NCBI GenBank assembly: GCA_003598025.1
Contig: QZKH01000003.1
Coordinates: 234,048-298,047, forward strand
DNA from: Candidatus Omnitrophota bacterium
GTDB lineage: Bacteria; Omnitrophota; Gorgyraeia; Gygaellales; Profunditerraquicolaceae
Direction: 5' to 3'
DNA: 64,000 nt
The stretch's first letter is position 1. Each line of letters opens with the position of its first letter. Positions 38,714 to 48,979 of this stretch are shown piece after piece. A model generated the notes under the pieces. That model was not told the origin of the DNA. It did not search any database and was given only the letters and a program-made list of their open reading frames with translations. A program made the translations under genes and the position numbers.

Positions 38714-39931
38714 CTATATTTTCTTGATTAATAAGAGGCAGCTAAAACTGGCTAATGAAGATATAACTATAAGCCATTTAAGCCCGATTAACGGAAGCAA
38801 GAAAGCCCCCGAAAGGTTGCTGGCGGTAAGGGCGACATTGCTAAAACTACACAATAATGCAAAGGATGTTGCTTCATAACCTTTTAAAGAGTTTCGCGCC
38901 ATAAAATCCATTACCATTAGAAATATAAACATGCCGATAAATCCGTAAAAAATGTTATATATGACTGCTGTTACGGGTGTATAGTAAAGATAACTTAATG
39001 TTACGGCCCCTCCAAGAAAAACTGACCAATAAAGCCACTTCTTAACATTTATCCGCTGGCTGAACTTATAATATAATACCGCACCCATAATTTCAAAAAT
39101 AGTGCTTATCGTGCTTAAGGCGCCAATCCAAACCTTGCCCCAGCCGAAGCTGTCTCTTTGGATAAAGAATAGCGGCGTACCAAAAGAAGGTGAAAATCTA
39201 TACAAAAAAATAAACAATCCGACAACCAGTATTTTCTTATTAGTTAATACCGGCTTAAGGCTTGCAATTATTGGCAGCCTATTCCGGCCTGGATCTCTAA
39301 CCAGGTCTTCTTTAAAATAGAAAGCAGCTAAACCTACCAATAAATAAAAAGGTATAAGCGATAAAAACCCTATTCTGAATCCCCATTTTTCGGCAATGAT
39401 CCCACCCAATATCCCGGTGAGTAACCCGGATATAGAAATAGATATCCATTGGACGCTCTGTATCTTGCCGGTTATATTATAAGCCTTCCCCTCAACGCAC
39501 ATAACACCGTCGACACAAACGTCCCTGAAGGCGGCATTTGTAGAATTCAGCAAAAGGACGAAAACCAGCATAAAAACAGGTAAAGCTACAAGTCCTACAA
39601 CCATAACAGTTGCCAGGCTCATAAGTAAAGCAAAAAATATCAGTGATCTTTTAGTGAAGAAATTATCTACGACATAGCCAATTAACGGTTTCAGCAACCA
39701 TGCAGAACTGATTATGCTGCCTAAAACCATTATTTTGGAAGGTGAAAAATATAATGACTCTTTAAGGTAATAAAAAAGGCTCTGGGAAGGAAGGGATTCT
39801 ATGCCCTGCACAAAATAAACAGAACTGCTTAATGCGTATATCCAGAATAATTTCTTATTCAAGTTATTTAACGCTGGTATCCTGTTCTTGTTCTTGGGCA
39901 ACTTGGTTAAATGCGCCCTGCTTATCGGCAT
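38714..39931 (-). CDS. MFS-type transporter, folate-biopterin transporter (BT1)-like
   Basis: 405 aa with about 12 TMs and BT1-like N-terminal motifs (SLPSQSLFYYLKESLYF...KPLIGYVVDN). The start overlaps the secG 3' end by 68 nt, so the true start may be downstream. Confidence 0.55.
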   Translation of the reverse strand: MPISRAHLTKLPKNKNRIPALNNLNKKLFWIYALSSSVYFVQGIESLPSQSLFYYLKESLYFSPSKIMVLGSIISSAWLLKPLIGYVVDNFFTKRSLIFFALLMSLATVMVVGLVALPVFMLVFVLLLNSTNAAFRDVCVDGVMCVEGKAYNITGKIQSVQWISISISGLLTGILGGIIAEKWGFRIGFLSLIPFYLLVGLAAFYFKEDLVRDPGRNRLPIIASLKPVLTNKKILVVGLFIFLYRFSPSFGTPLFFIQRDSFGWGKVWIGALSTISTIFEIMGAVLYYKFSQRINVKKWLYWSVFLGGAVTLSYLYYTPVTAVIYNIFYGFIGMFIFLMVMDFMARNSLKGYEATSFALLCSFSNVALTASNLSGAFLLPLIGLKWLIVISSLASFSCLLLIKKI

Positions 39932-40220
39932 CTAGAGGCTGCTTTTGGGCCTCCTGCTTTTCCGTTGCGGGAACCGTATTACTCATTAAAGATTTATTCC
40001 GGTTAGCTGCAAAAAGCGCCAGGCTCAGGCAAGTAATAAAAAACAACACTGATAAAATAGTAGTGACCCGTGTGAGTACTGCCGGGGTCTTCGTCCCGAA
40101 CATTGACTCAACATCAGAAAAGGTATCAACCAAACCTCCACCCCTGCCCCTCTGCACGAGTATTATTATTATTAAAAGTATGCACACGATTACATGTAAT
40201 GCTATTATTAAACCGGTCAT
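39864..40220 (-). CDS. secG: preprotein translocase subunit SecG
   Basis: 118 aa. SecG N-terminal TM with GGG motif (LVQRGRGGGLVDTF) and a Q/E-rich tail. Sits in the conserved tpiA-secG position. Confidence 0.8.
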   Translation of the reverse strand: MTGLIIALHVIVCILLIIIILVQRGRGGGLVDTFSDVESMFGTKTPAVLTRVTTILSVLFFITCLSLALFAANRNKSLMSNTVPATEKQEAQKQPLDADKQGAFNQVAQEQEQDTSVK

Positions 40221-40990
40221 TTTAATACCTCACTTGCTTTTTTTATTATCGAGATAAAGGATTCTATAGAAAGGCTTGCGCCTCCGACTAAGGCACCGTC
40301 GACATCAGGTTTAAGTAGAATCTCGCTTATATTTTCCGGCTTGACGCTGCCTCCATATTGTATTCTAACCTCAGAAGCTACCTCTTCGCTATAAATATCT
40401 TTTATTAAGTCTCTTATATACTTATGGGCCTCCTGGGCCTGTTCAGCAGTAGCAGTTTTACCGGTACCGATAGCCCATACCGGTTCATAAGCTATAATAA
40501 TACCTGCCATCTTATCTGCGCTGATCCCAGAAACCCCATTCGTGATATGGTCATTCAATACCTTAAAAGTCTGACCGCCATCGCGCTCTTTAAGGGTCTC
40601 GCCTACACAAACAATCGGGATTAAACCATGATTAAGCGCAGCTATTATCTTTTTATTTACCGTTAAATTGGTCTCCGCAAAAAACTGCCTTCTTTCAGAA
40701 TGCCCTATTATAACATATTTGCAACCGGCATCTTTAAGCATAACAGGTGATATCTCTCCGGTAAAAGCACCCTGGTCTTCCCAATAAAGATTTTGCGCCC
40801 CTAATTCTATGGGAGAATCGACAATAATTTCTGCTACTTCCGCCAGACTGGTAAATACAGGGCAAATAACTACATCCGTATTCAGGTTTTTTACAGAGAA
40901 TAACTCTCTCTTTAATCCGCTGGCAAGCTCAATTGACTGCCCGATAGTTTTGTTCATTTTCCAGTTTCCAGCAATAATAATTTTTCTCAT
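40217..40990 (-). CDS. tpiA: triose-phosphate isomerase
   Basis: 257 aa with TIM motifs (IIAGNWKMN, VIGHSERR, AYEPVWAIGTG). Confidence 0.95.
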   Translation of the reverse strand: MRKIIIAGNWKMNKTIGQSIELASGLKRELFSVKNLNTDVVICPVFTSLAEVAEIIVDSPIELGAQNLYWEDQGAFTGEISPVMLKDAGCKYVIIGHSERRQFFAETNLTVNKKIIAALNHGLIPIVCVGETLKERDGGQTFKVLNDHITNGVSGISADKMAGIIIAYEPVWAIGTGKTATAEQAQEAHKYIRDLIKDIYSEEVASEVRIQYGGSVKPENISEILLKPDVDGALVGGASLSIESFISIIKKASEVLK

Positions 40991-41004
40991 CTTGATTTCC
41001 TTGT

Positions 41005-42186
41005 TTATTTATCTGCCAATGCAGCTATTCCGGGTAAAGTTTTTCCCTCCAGATACTCAAGACTTGCCCCGCCTCCTGTTGAAATATGGGACATTTTATC
41101 TTCCAGGTTAAATTTAGCTATGGCTGCAGCCGTGTCCCCTCCTCCGATTATGCTGACAGTATCAAGACCGGCAATAAATTCTGCGACATTTTTTGTTCCT
41201 TTACTGAAAGGCTCCATCTCAAATATACCTAAGGGGCCGTTCCAGACAATAGTTTTCGAAGATTTCAACTGGCTATTAAACAATTCCACTGTCTTTGGAC
41301 CGATATCTACTGCGATCATTCCCTCAGGTATCGACTCACCGACTACCTCAGGCTTGCTAGTTTCATCAATTTTAGCGACTACAATATGGTCAACAGGCAA
41401 TAGTATTTTTTTATTTGCTTCCTTTGCTTTTTCAAGTATAGCTTTAGCGATATCTATTTTGTCCTTCTCAAGCTTAGAATTACCGATCTGAATGCCTTTT
41501 GCCTTAAGAAAGGTATAGCTCATCCCGCCGCCTATGAGTATAATATCGCATTTCGGCAGCAGGTTGTCGATAACCCCTATCTTATCTGAAACTTTTGCTC
41601 CTCCTAAAATAACGGCAAAAGGTTTAGCCGGATTTGCGACTGCTGCGCCAAGGTATTTAATCTCCTTTTCTATTAAAAAACCGGCAACTGACTTTAAATA
41701 ATGCGTAACTCCTTCAGTCGATGCGTGAGCGCGGTGTGCCGTGCCGAAAGCATCATTGACAAACAAATCAGCTGATGATGCCAGTTTCTTTGCAAACTCC
41801 GGGTCATTTCCTTCTTCTTCCTCGTGAAACCGGAGGTTTTCCAATAAGATGACCTTTTCATTTGAGGATTTTATTTTAGACTCTACTTCAGGACCGACGC
41901 AATCATCAAGCATTAATACATTCTGACCAAGCAATTCCTTCAAGCGTAAAGAAACAGGCTTGAGGCTGTATTTAGCGATAACTTTGCCATCCGGACGGCC
42001 TAAGTGGCTCATAAGGATGAGTTTCTTGGCTTTATTAGCTATTATATAATTAATAGTCTCAAGAGTGGCCTTGATCCTGGTATCATCAGTTATCTTAAGA
42101 TCGCTATCTAGCGGGACATTAAAATCAGCCCGCATAAGCACAACCTTGCCATTCAAATCAATGTCTTTAATTGACATTTTATTCAT
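41005..42186 (-). CDS. pgk: phosphoglycerate kinase
   Basis: 393 aa with PGK motifs (RADFNVP, GGGMSYTFL, GGGDT). Confidence 0.95.
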   Translation of the reverse strand: MNKMSIKDIDLNGKVVLMRADFNVPLDSDLKITDDTRIKATLETINYIIANKAKKLILMSHLGRPDGKVIAKYSLKPVSLRLKELLGQNVLMLDDCVGPEVESKIKSSNEKVILLENLRFHEEEEGNDPEFAKKLASSADLFVNDAFGTAHRAHASTEGVTHYLKSVAGFLIEKEIKYLGAAVANPAKPFAVILGGAKVSDKIGVIDNLLPKCDIILIGGGMSYTFLKAKGIQIGNSKLEKDKIDIAKAILEKAKEANKKILLPVDHIVVAKIDETSKPEVVGESIPEGMIAVDIGPKTVELFNSQLKSSKTIVWNGPLGIFEMEPFSKGTKNVAEFIAGLDTVSIIGGGDTAAAIAKFNLEDKMSHISTGGGASLEYLEGKTLPGIAALADK

Positions 42187-42311
42187 GAATTTCCTCCTAT
42201 TTAAATGCTTTAATATATATCAATTTAGTTGGTTTGTCAAAGGTTTTCCCTTTACTGTCAGGATGGTTGGTTTATAATTCGTATAGGTATAGAGTATTGC
42301 GTTATTGCAAT

Positions 42312-42406
42312 ATGTGACTTTGTGTCGTGTGTCTTTGCGACTGAATACTTTATCTATTTCTATGAACTATCAACTATGAACCATAAACTATGAACTATGA
42401 ACTAAA
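42312..42406 (+). repeat. family-2 composite repeat plus 6-unit TGAACTA heptamer array
   Basis: tgtgactttgtgtcgtgtgtctttgcgactgaatactttatctatttctatg, followed by TGAACTA TCAACTA TGAACCA TAAACTA TGAACTA TGAACTA (42363-42404). The stop codon of the upstream minus-strand gene (42395-42397) lies inside the array. Confidence 0.8.
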
Positions 42407-44656
42407 ATCCACTTTCTGTCCTATTGGTAAACTTGCGATGAGAAGGCTTGAAAGCTTAAAGAATAGCAAAAATACCAGGCTGTTTATAAGTCCGATTACA
42501 GGAAAAAAGAATATCCCGGCCAAAACCCCCGAAAGACAGCTTCCCAACAGATCTGCGGCATAAAGCAATCCGGCATTGGCAGCTTTGAAGCTGACATTAT
42601 TATTAATCAGCGAATTGGCCAAAACAAATTGAAAACCGACACAAAAACCGGGCAAAGCAAATAAGAATACAAAAAGTATATAATTATTAACAAAGATGAT
42701 ATTTTTATCAAATAAAACTATCAAAGATGAGATTATTGAAATAATCAGCAATTCACCAGATATAAACAGTTTACTAAGCAGTTTTCTTTCCGTTTTAAAT
42801 CTGCCGGCAACCAGGCTTCCCACAGCAGCTCCGGACATAAATATGCTGATAAGAAAACCTATTCTCTGGTAAAGGTAACCGAAATATACCTGAAAAGCAA
42901 ACGAAAGCATAAGCATAACCATCATCCCGAAAAACCCAGTAACAGCAACTGGATAAAAAATCTGGATATCGTTTTTCAGGTAATTTTTTAAACGCAAAAC
43001 CAATATAAAAACAGTGGCAATGATAACAAGAATCAACAACGCCGTTAAATTTATACTCTTTACCTTTTCAAAGATATATTTCATTCCGGATGAATATTTA
43101 TTACTCCATAAACGCATGCTTTCATAAACTGCGACCGGCCTGAGGTCAGTGTTAACTTCTTTTGTTGCATTCTTCAACTGAGCACTAAACCATTCCTGCC
43201 GAGCGGCATCCAATCTGTAATTAAGATAACCTGCATTCAGAAAATCAGTAGTAATCCCCATTTGTTTCATTCTGTTCTCAATTACTTTCGGGTTGAAATT
43301 ATATTTGATAAAGCGCGAATCTGTGCCTATGTATAAATTATAATCTCCGGGAATAACGGAAGTATACGCAAAAACATCTTTGAGGCCGTTAAATATGCAG
43401 GCATTCATATCTTTAAGCTCATTGCCCATATAAGTACTTGACCCTAAAAGGCTAAATACAATTAATCCGCCCCTATTTAATTTCGTTTTTACTAAAGCAA
43501 AAAACTCTTTAGTCAGAAGCCTGTTTGCCGACAAATCAACCGGGCCGCTGACACCAAGAAAAATAATATCAAATTTATCAACTGCCCGTAACAAAAAGAG
43601 CCTTCCATCAATATTACTCAGCCATAATCTTTTATCTGAGAGTTCAAGCAGGCTAAGTTCATCAGGATGCTTCTTGACCATTTCAATCAGTAAAGGATCA
43701 AGCTCGGCATAATCGACTCTATCTACAGGGTATTTAAATATTTCCGATATCACTCCCCCTATCCCGCCGCCGATCACAAGTATCCGCTTAGGGTTATCAC
43801 TTAATAACAAGGGAAAATTTACAAAATCTTCAATTAAATTAGTATCGGGATGCGGCAATATTACTGCCGGAAGGCCATTATAATAAAATACCGTCTGCTT
43901 ATTATCCTTGGTTACTGCGACATTGCCGTATACAGAATTTCTGTTTTCAACCGCCCCCTCCCTGCCAAATCTTATTTTAAGCGAAGACTTTTCCAAATCA
44001 GCCGGCCGGTTAAAAATTATTGTAAATATAAATACTGCGAATATGGAAATAAGTAGAAATTTAGCCCTGCCTGCAGAAAAACTTTTAAGAAAAACAAAGC
44101 CGACGATCGCGCTAGCTAAGGCAACCAAGTAAGCAATCTGAAATGATGAATAATGGGTTACCAGGGCATAAGTAAAAACAAAACCTCCGATTATAGTGCC
44201 CAGCGTTTCTAAGGCATAAATATTTGCGACCGGACTTGCCTTCTTGTCATTTTTTGAAGAGAATAGTGAACAGGCACAGCTGAATAAAGCGCCATGGCTG
44301 GAAGCTATAAGCAGATTCGCCATGAACGATAACAATAGCACTTGCCCTATTCCCAGCGCCTCATAGGGTTTAAGATCAAAAAGAAATTTAAATGTCCTGG
44401 AAAAATATAATGCTGCAGGCAGGCTGGCTGAAAAAATAAGGTTAAGCACAACAAAATATAACCTGGATTTATCCTTGTTACGCCTAAGCAACAGAGAAAA
44501 AATGTAGGCGCCTAAAGATTCAAGGAAAATCCAGCTGGATAATATGGCCCCGATAACAAGCTCATTACCATATGCGCTAAAAGATATCTCCCTCAATAGA
44601 AGGACCTGCGCGATTATGCCGCTTGCTCCCACTAGAACCAGAAAGAATATATTCAT
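42395..44656 (-). CDS. membrane-embedded spermidine-synthase-like (aminopropyltransferase-fold) fusion protein
   Basis: 753 aa. About 7 N-terminal TMs, then a central SpeE-like Rossmann domain (ILVIGGGIGGVISEI...DRVDYAELDP...DIIFLGVSGP), then about 7 C-terminal TMs. Inserted between gap and pgk. Confidence 0.65.
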   Translation of the reverse strand: MNIFFLVLVGASGIIAQVLLLREISFSAYGNELVIGAILSSWIFLESLGAYIFSLLLRRNKDKSRLYFVVLNLIFSASLPAALYFSRTFKFLFDLKPYEALGIGQVLLLSFMANLLIASSHGALFSCACSLFSSKNDKKASPVANIYALETLGTIIGGFVFTYALVTHYSSFQIAYLVALASAIVGFVFLKSFSAGRAKFLLISIFAVFIFTIIFNRPADLEKSSLKIRFGREGAVENRNSVYGNVAVTKDNKQTVFYYNGLPAVILPHPDTNLIEDFVNFPLLLSDNPKRILVIGGGIGGVISEIFKYPVDRVDYAELDPLLIEMVKKHPDELSLLELSDKRLWLSNIDGRLFLLRAVDKFDIIFLGVSGPVDLSANRLLTKEFFALVKTKLNRGGLIVFSLLGSSTYMGNELKDMNACIFNGLKDVFAYTSVIPGDYNLYIGTDSRFIKYNFNPKVIENRMKQMGITTDFLNAGYLNYRLDAARQEWFSAQLKNATKEVNTDLRPVAVYESMRLWSNKYSSGMKYIFEKVKSINLTALLILVIIATVFILVLRLKNYLKNDIQIFYPVAVTGFFGMMVMLMLSFAFQVYFGYLYQRIGFLISIFMSGAAVGSLVAGRFKTERKLLSKLFISGELLIISIISSLIVLFDKNIIFVNNYILFVFLFALPGFCVGFQFVLANSLINNNVSFKAANAGLLYAADLLGSCLSGVLAGIFFFPVIGLINSLVFLLFFKLSSLLIASLPIGQKVDFSS

Positions 44657-44661
44657 TTTAT

Positions 44662-44703
44662 AAAAAATGGGGGGCTTACTCTGTTTCCGTAACGTAAGCC
44701 CCC
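44662..44703 (-). terminator. rho-independent terminator-like hairpin after gap (10-bp GC-rich stem + T5)
   Basis: Minus strand: GGGGGCTTAC-loop-GTAAGCCCCC followed by ATTTTTAT. It leads directly into the ATG of the downstream gene. Confidence 0.5.
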
Positions 44704-44721
44704 GTTAAGAGATCTATACTA

Positions 44722-45756
<1,035 letters not shown>

Positions 45757-45886
45757 TTAATATTGTTAAATATTCCGACTTTACTTTTCCTTAGTTTTTG
45801 GACTATTTAAGTATGTTAATATATTTATCTGTCCCCCTTTCAAAAAAGACTGTAAAATAAATGGATCAAGTTATTTTCAAGCTGGA

Positions 45887-46882
45887 TTAATTCTCTCTTA
45901 GGATTTTTGCAGCAAGTTCCGGCGGCGTTGGCACGACGTAAAAACCTGAGCCCCATTCAAAACCAGCTAACCTGGTTAATTTAGGCATAAACTCTATATG
46001 CCAATGATAGCTGTCATAAACAGTATCTCCGTTAATCGGAGAAGAATGCACTATATAATTATAAGAAATATTTGAAAAAACTTTTTTTAGCTTGGTAACT
46101 GTATCCTTCAGGATTGAAGCTAATTCAGGTATCTCTGCATCTGCCATATGGCAGAACCTGCTATTATGAGCTTTAGGCATAATCCAGATTTCAAAAGGGA
46201 ACCGCGAAACGAACGGGCAAAAAGAAACAAAGTACTTATTCTCTATTATTACCCTTTCTTTTTCCTGAAGCTCCTGCCTGATTACATCACAGAAAATACA
46301 ACGGTCTCTATAGTCATAATAGTTCTTTGAACCCTTCAGCTCTTCTACCGCACTCTTGGGGACCATAGGAAGAGCGATAATCTGGGAATGCGGGTGCTCA
46401 AGAGAGGCGCCTGCTGCAGGGCCAAAATTTTTGAATATCATTATATATTTGAACCTGTGGTCCCGGGCTAAATCCCTTGCACGGGAGCAAGACATCGAGA
46501 TATAGCTTTCAATTTCGCTGTTAAGAAGACTGGGGATATCCTTATAATGGTAGGGGCTTTCAATCAATATTTCATGAGCGCCAACACCATTTGACATATC
46601 ATAAATGCCTACGCCTCTGCGGTCTAAATCACCTTCAATCTGTAAAGCCGGAAATTTATTAGGAACTACCCTTACTTGCCAGCCGGGAGAATTAGGTGAA
46701 GACCCATCGATCCTGACGGCATCGATCTCAGGCGGAGTCAGCTTTTCGTTACCATAGCAAAAAGGACAAATCCCGCCCTTAAAAGCATGCTGCTCATATT
46801 CAAAATCCGCAGGCAAGGCCGGATGGTCAGTATCAACAATTACCCATCTGCCGCCAATAGGATCCCTTCGTAACTCTGACAT
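45887..46882 (-). CDS. galactose-1-phosphate uridylyltransferase family protein (HIT-like, canonical HPH active site)
   Basis: 331 aa. Has the Zn motif CPFCYGNE and the nucleophile motif LEHPHSQII. This is GalT class I / ADP-glucose phosphorylase-like. Confidence 0.8.
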   Translation of the reverse strand: MSELRRDPIGGRWVIVDTDHPALPADFEYEQHAFKGGICPFCYGNEKLTPPEIDAVRIDGSSPNSPGWQVRVVPNKFPALQIEGDLDRRGVGIYDMSNGVGAHEILIESPYHYKDIPSLLNSEIESYISMSCSRARDLARDHRFKYIMIFKNFGPAAGASLEHPHSQIIALPMVPKSAVEELKGSKNYYDYRDRCIFCDVIRQELQEKERVIIENKYFVSFCPFVSRFPFEIWIMPKAHNSRFCHMADAEIPELASILKDTVTKLKKVFSNISYNYIVHSSPINGDTVYDSYHWHIEFMPKLTRLAGFEWGSGFYVVPTPPELAAKILREN

Positions 46883-46884
46883 AT

Positions 46885-47913
46885 CTATACCTCAACCTCT
46901 CTTAAATATTTAGCTGAATCTTCAGGCGATAAAGGACATATATAAAAACCTGTACCCCATTCAAAACCTGCTACCTTTGTTAGGCGCGGGATTATTTCGA
47001 TGTGCCAGTGATAATCATTATCAATGCTTTTCCAGTAACCAGACTTAGGCCTTCTAAACGGCGCAGTGTGTAAAACATAATTATAAGAAATATCATTAAG
47101 GCCTACCTTGATTTTTTGAAGTATCTTTTTCATAACTTTGGCAAGGTATAACCTATGTTCCGGCTCGATGTTGACAAAATCGCAGGAATGCTTCTTTGGC
47201 AAAATCCATACTTCAAAAGGAAACCTCGCCGCAAACGGCGTAATGGCAATAAACCCGTCTATATCAAGGATAACTCTTTCTTTAGATGACATCTCCTGGT
47301 TGATTAAATCACAAAAAATACACCTTTCATGGTATTCATAATAAAGCCTTGCGCCTTTAAGCTCTTCTTTGACTCTTTTTGGGTTAACAGGTGTTGCAAT
47401 AAGCTGGGAACGCGAATGTTTTAGCTTGCTGCCCCCGGCAGACCAGCCGTAATTCTTAAAAACTAAAACGTATTTAAAACGCTCATCCTTTTCCAGATCC
47501 CTTATGCGGTCAACATAACAGGCCAGTACCTTGGATATTTGCTGTTCTTCTAGATCAGCCATGTTAGCTATATGCTTATTCGTCTCGACAACGATTTCGT
47601 GCGCACCGATGCCGCTCATAAGATCATACAAGCCCCTGCCATGCCGGTCAAGCTGACCTTCAATCCTTAAAAATGGGGCAATACTCGGGACAACCCTGAG
47701 TTCCCATCCGGGGCTGTTTTTCGCAGAACCGGTTGGCCTGACAGCATATATTTCAGGGGGAGTTTGGGATTCATGCCCCTGGCAGAAAGGGCACGAAGGA
47801 GCTTCCTCCTGTCCATTCGTGGGGGCAATACCGAATTGATCTGGCCTGCGCAACCGCTCAGTTGCTACAATAACCCACCTGCCTATAATCGGATCTTTTC
47901 GTAATTCTGGCAT
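46885..47913 (-). CDS. GalT-family paralog with substituted active site (HSR instead of HPH)
   Basis: 342 aa, collinear with the downstream paralog. CPFCQGHE is retained, but the nucleophile motif reads LKHSRSQLI. Confidence 0.75.
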   Translation of the reverse strand: MPELRKDPIIGRWVIVATERLRRPDQFGIAPTNGQEEAPSCPFCQGHESQTPPEIYAVRPTGSAKNSPGWELRVVPSIAPFLRIEGQLDRHGRGLYDLMSGIGAHEIVVETNKHIANMADLEEQQISKVLACYVDRIRDLEKDERFKYVLVFKNYGWSAGGSKLKHSRSQLIATPVNPKRVKEELKGARLYYEYHERCIFCDLINQEMSSKERVILDIDGFIAITPFAARFPFEVWILPKKHSCDFVNIEPEHRLYLAKVMKKILQKIKVGLNDISYNYVLHTAPFRRPKSGYWKSIDNDYHWHIEIIPRLTKVAGFEWGTGFYICPLSPEDSAKYLREVEV

Positions 47914-48013
47914 ATTTTATAAATATGTTTCTTGATTAATCTTGTTGAAAGATTGGGATACACATATCGCTGCATAACTATCCCGGAGTTTCCAATTATA
48001 CCATCATATTGGC

Positions 48014-48976
48014 CTAATGCAAACAATTTTTAAAAACATCGCCGAGAATAACCTTATGCCCTGCAATAAAATCACCGGCCTTCATTGCTTTTTTATTCTC
48101 TGCCTGCAGTTCTTTTATGGTCACTGCTCCGTCGCCTGTTTTAACGACTATCCCTGCCTTAGATACTTCCAGTATCTGACCGGGTTTATATCCGCTGCCA
48201 AAACTATCATTAACTAACTCTAATTCTAGTATCCTCAGTAATTTTCCATTCAAATAAGAATAGCTGCCGGGCCAACCCAAACAGCCCCTGACATGGTTAA
48301 TAATGGCCCTGGAATGCTTACTCCATTCTATAAGCCCGTCTTCTTTCTTGAGTTTACGCGCATATGTAACTTTAGATTCTTCCTGAGGAATCAAGGTATA
48401 TTTACCGCTTGGAATTGAGCTTAAAACTTTAATGACTAATTCTGCGGATAATTCTGAAAGTTTCTCTGCCAAAGTAACGGCCGTATCGCTTTCGTTGATC
48501 TGAATAGACTTTTGGCAAATAACAGGCCCGGCATCCATTTTAGTGTTAATTTTAATAGCCGAAACTCCAGTATATTTTTCGCCGTTAATCAACGCCCAAT
48601 TAACCGGAGCAGCACCCCTGTATTTAGGGAGGAGAGAAGCGTGCATATTAAATGCCATAATTTTTGCGGTTTTTATCACAGCAGAAGAAAGAATCTGGCC
48701 ATATGCAATAACTACAAGCAGGTCCGGATCTATTTTTTTTAATGTTACTAGACTGACAGAATCGTTTATATCCTGCGGTTGATAGGTCTTGATCCCTAAA
48801 TCCTGGCATAGCTTCTTGACTGGAGTAGCGCAAATTTGCCTGCCTCTTCCCTTAGCTCTGTCGGGCTGAGTAAACACGCAAGCCACGTTATAACCGTTAT
48901 CGAAAATAGCCTTTAACGGCTTTACGGCAAACTCAGAACTGCCTAAGAAAACAATATTCATCTTTCTCTTATCCAT
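48014..48976 (-). CDS. fmt: methionyl-tRNA formyltransferase
   Basis: 320 aa with a formyltransferase N-domain (NIVFLGSSEFAV; HASLLPKYRGAAPVNWA) and a C-terminal tRNA-binding domain. Confidence 0.93.
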   Translation of the reverse strand: MDKRKMNIVFLGSSEFAVKPLKAIFDNGYNVACVFTQPDRAKGRGRQICATPVKKLCQDLGIKTYQPQDINDSVSLVTLKKIDPDLLVVIAYGQILSSAVIKTAKIMAFNMHASLLPKYRGAAPVNWALINGEKYTGVSAIKINTKMDAGPVICQKSIQINESDTAVTLAEKLSELSAELVIKVLSSIPSGKYTLIPQEESKVTYARKLKKEDGLIEWSKHSRAIINHVRGCLGWPGSYSYLNGKLLRILELELVNDSFGSGYKPGQILEVSKAGIVVKTGDGAVTIKELQAENKKAMKAGDFIAGHKVILGDVFKNCLH

Positions 48977-48979
48977 ATT

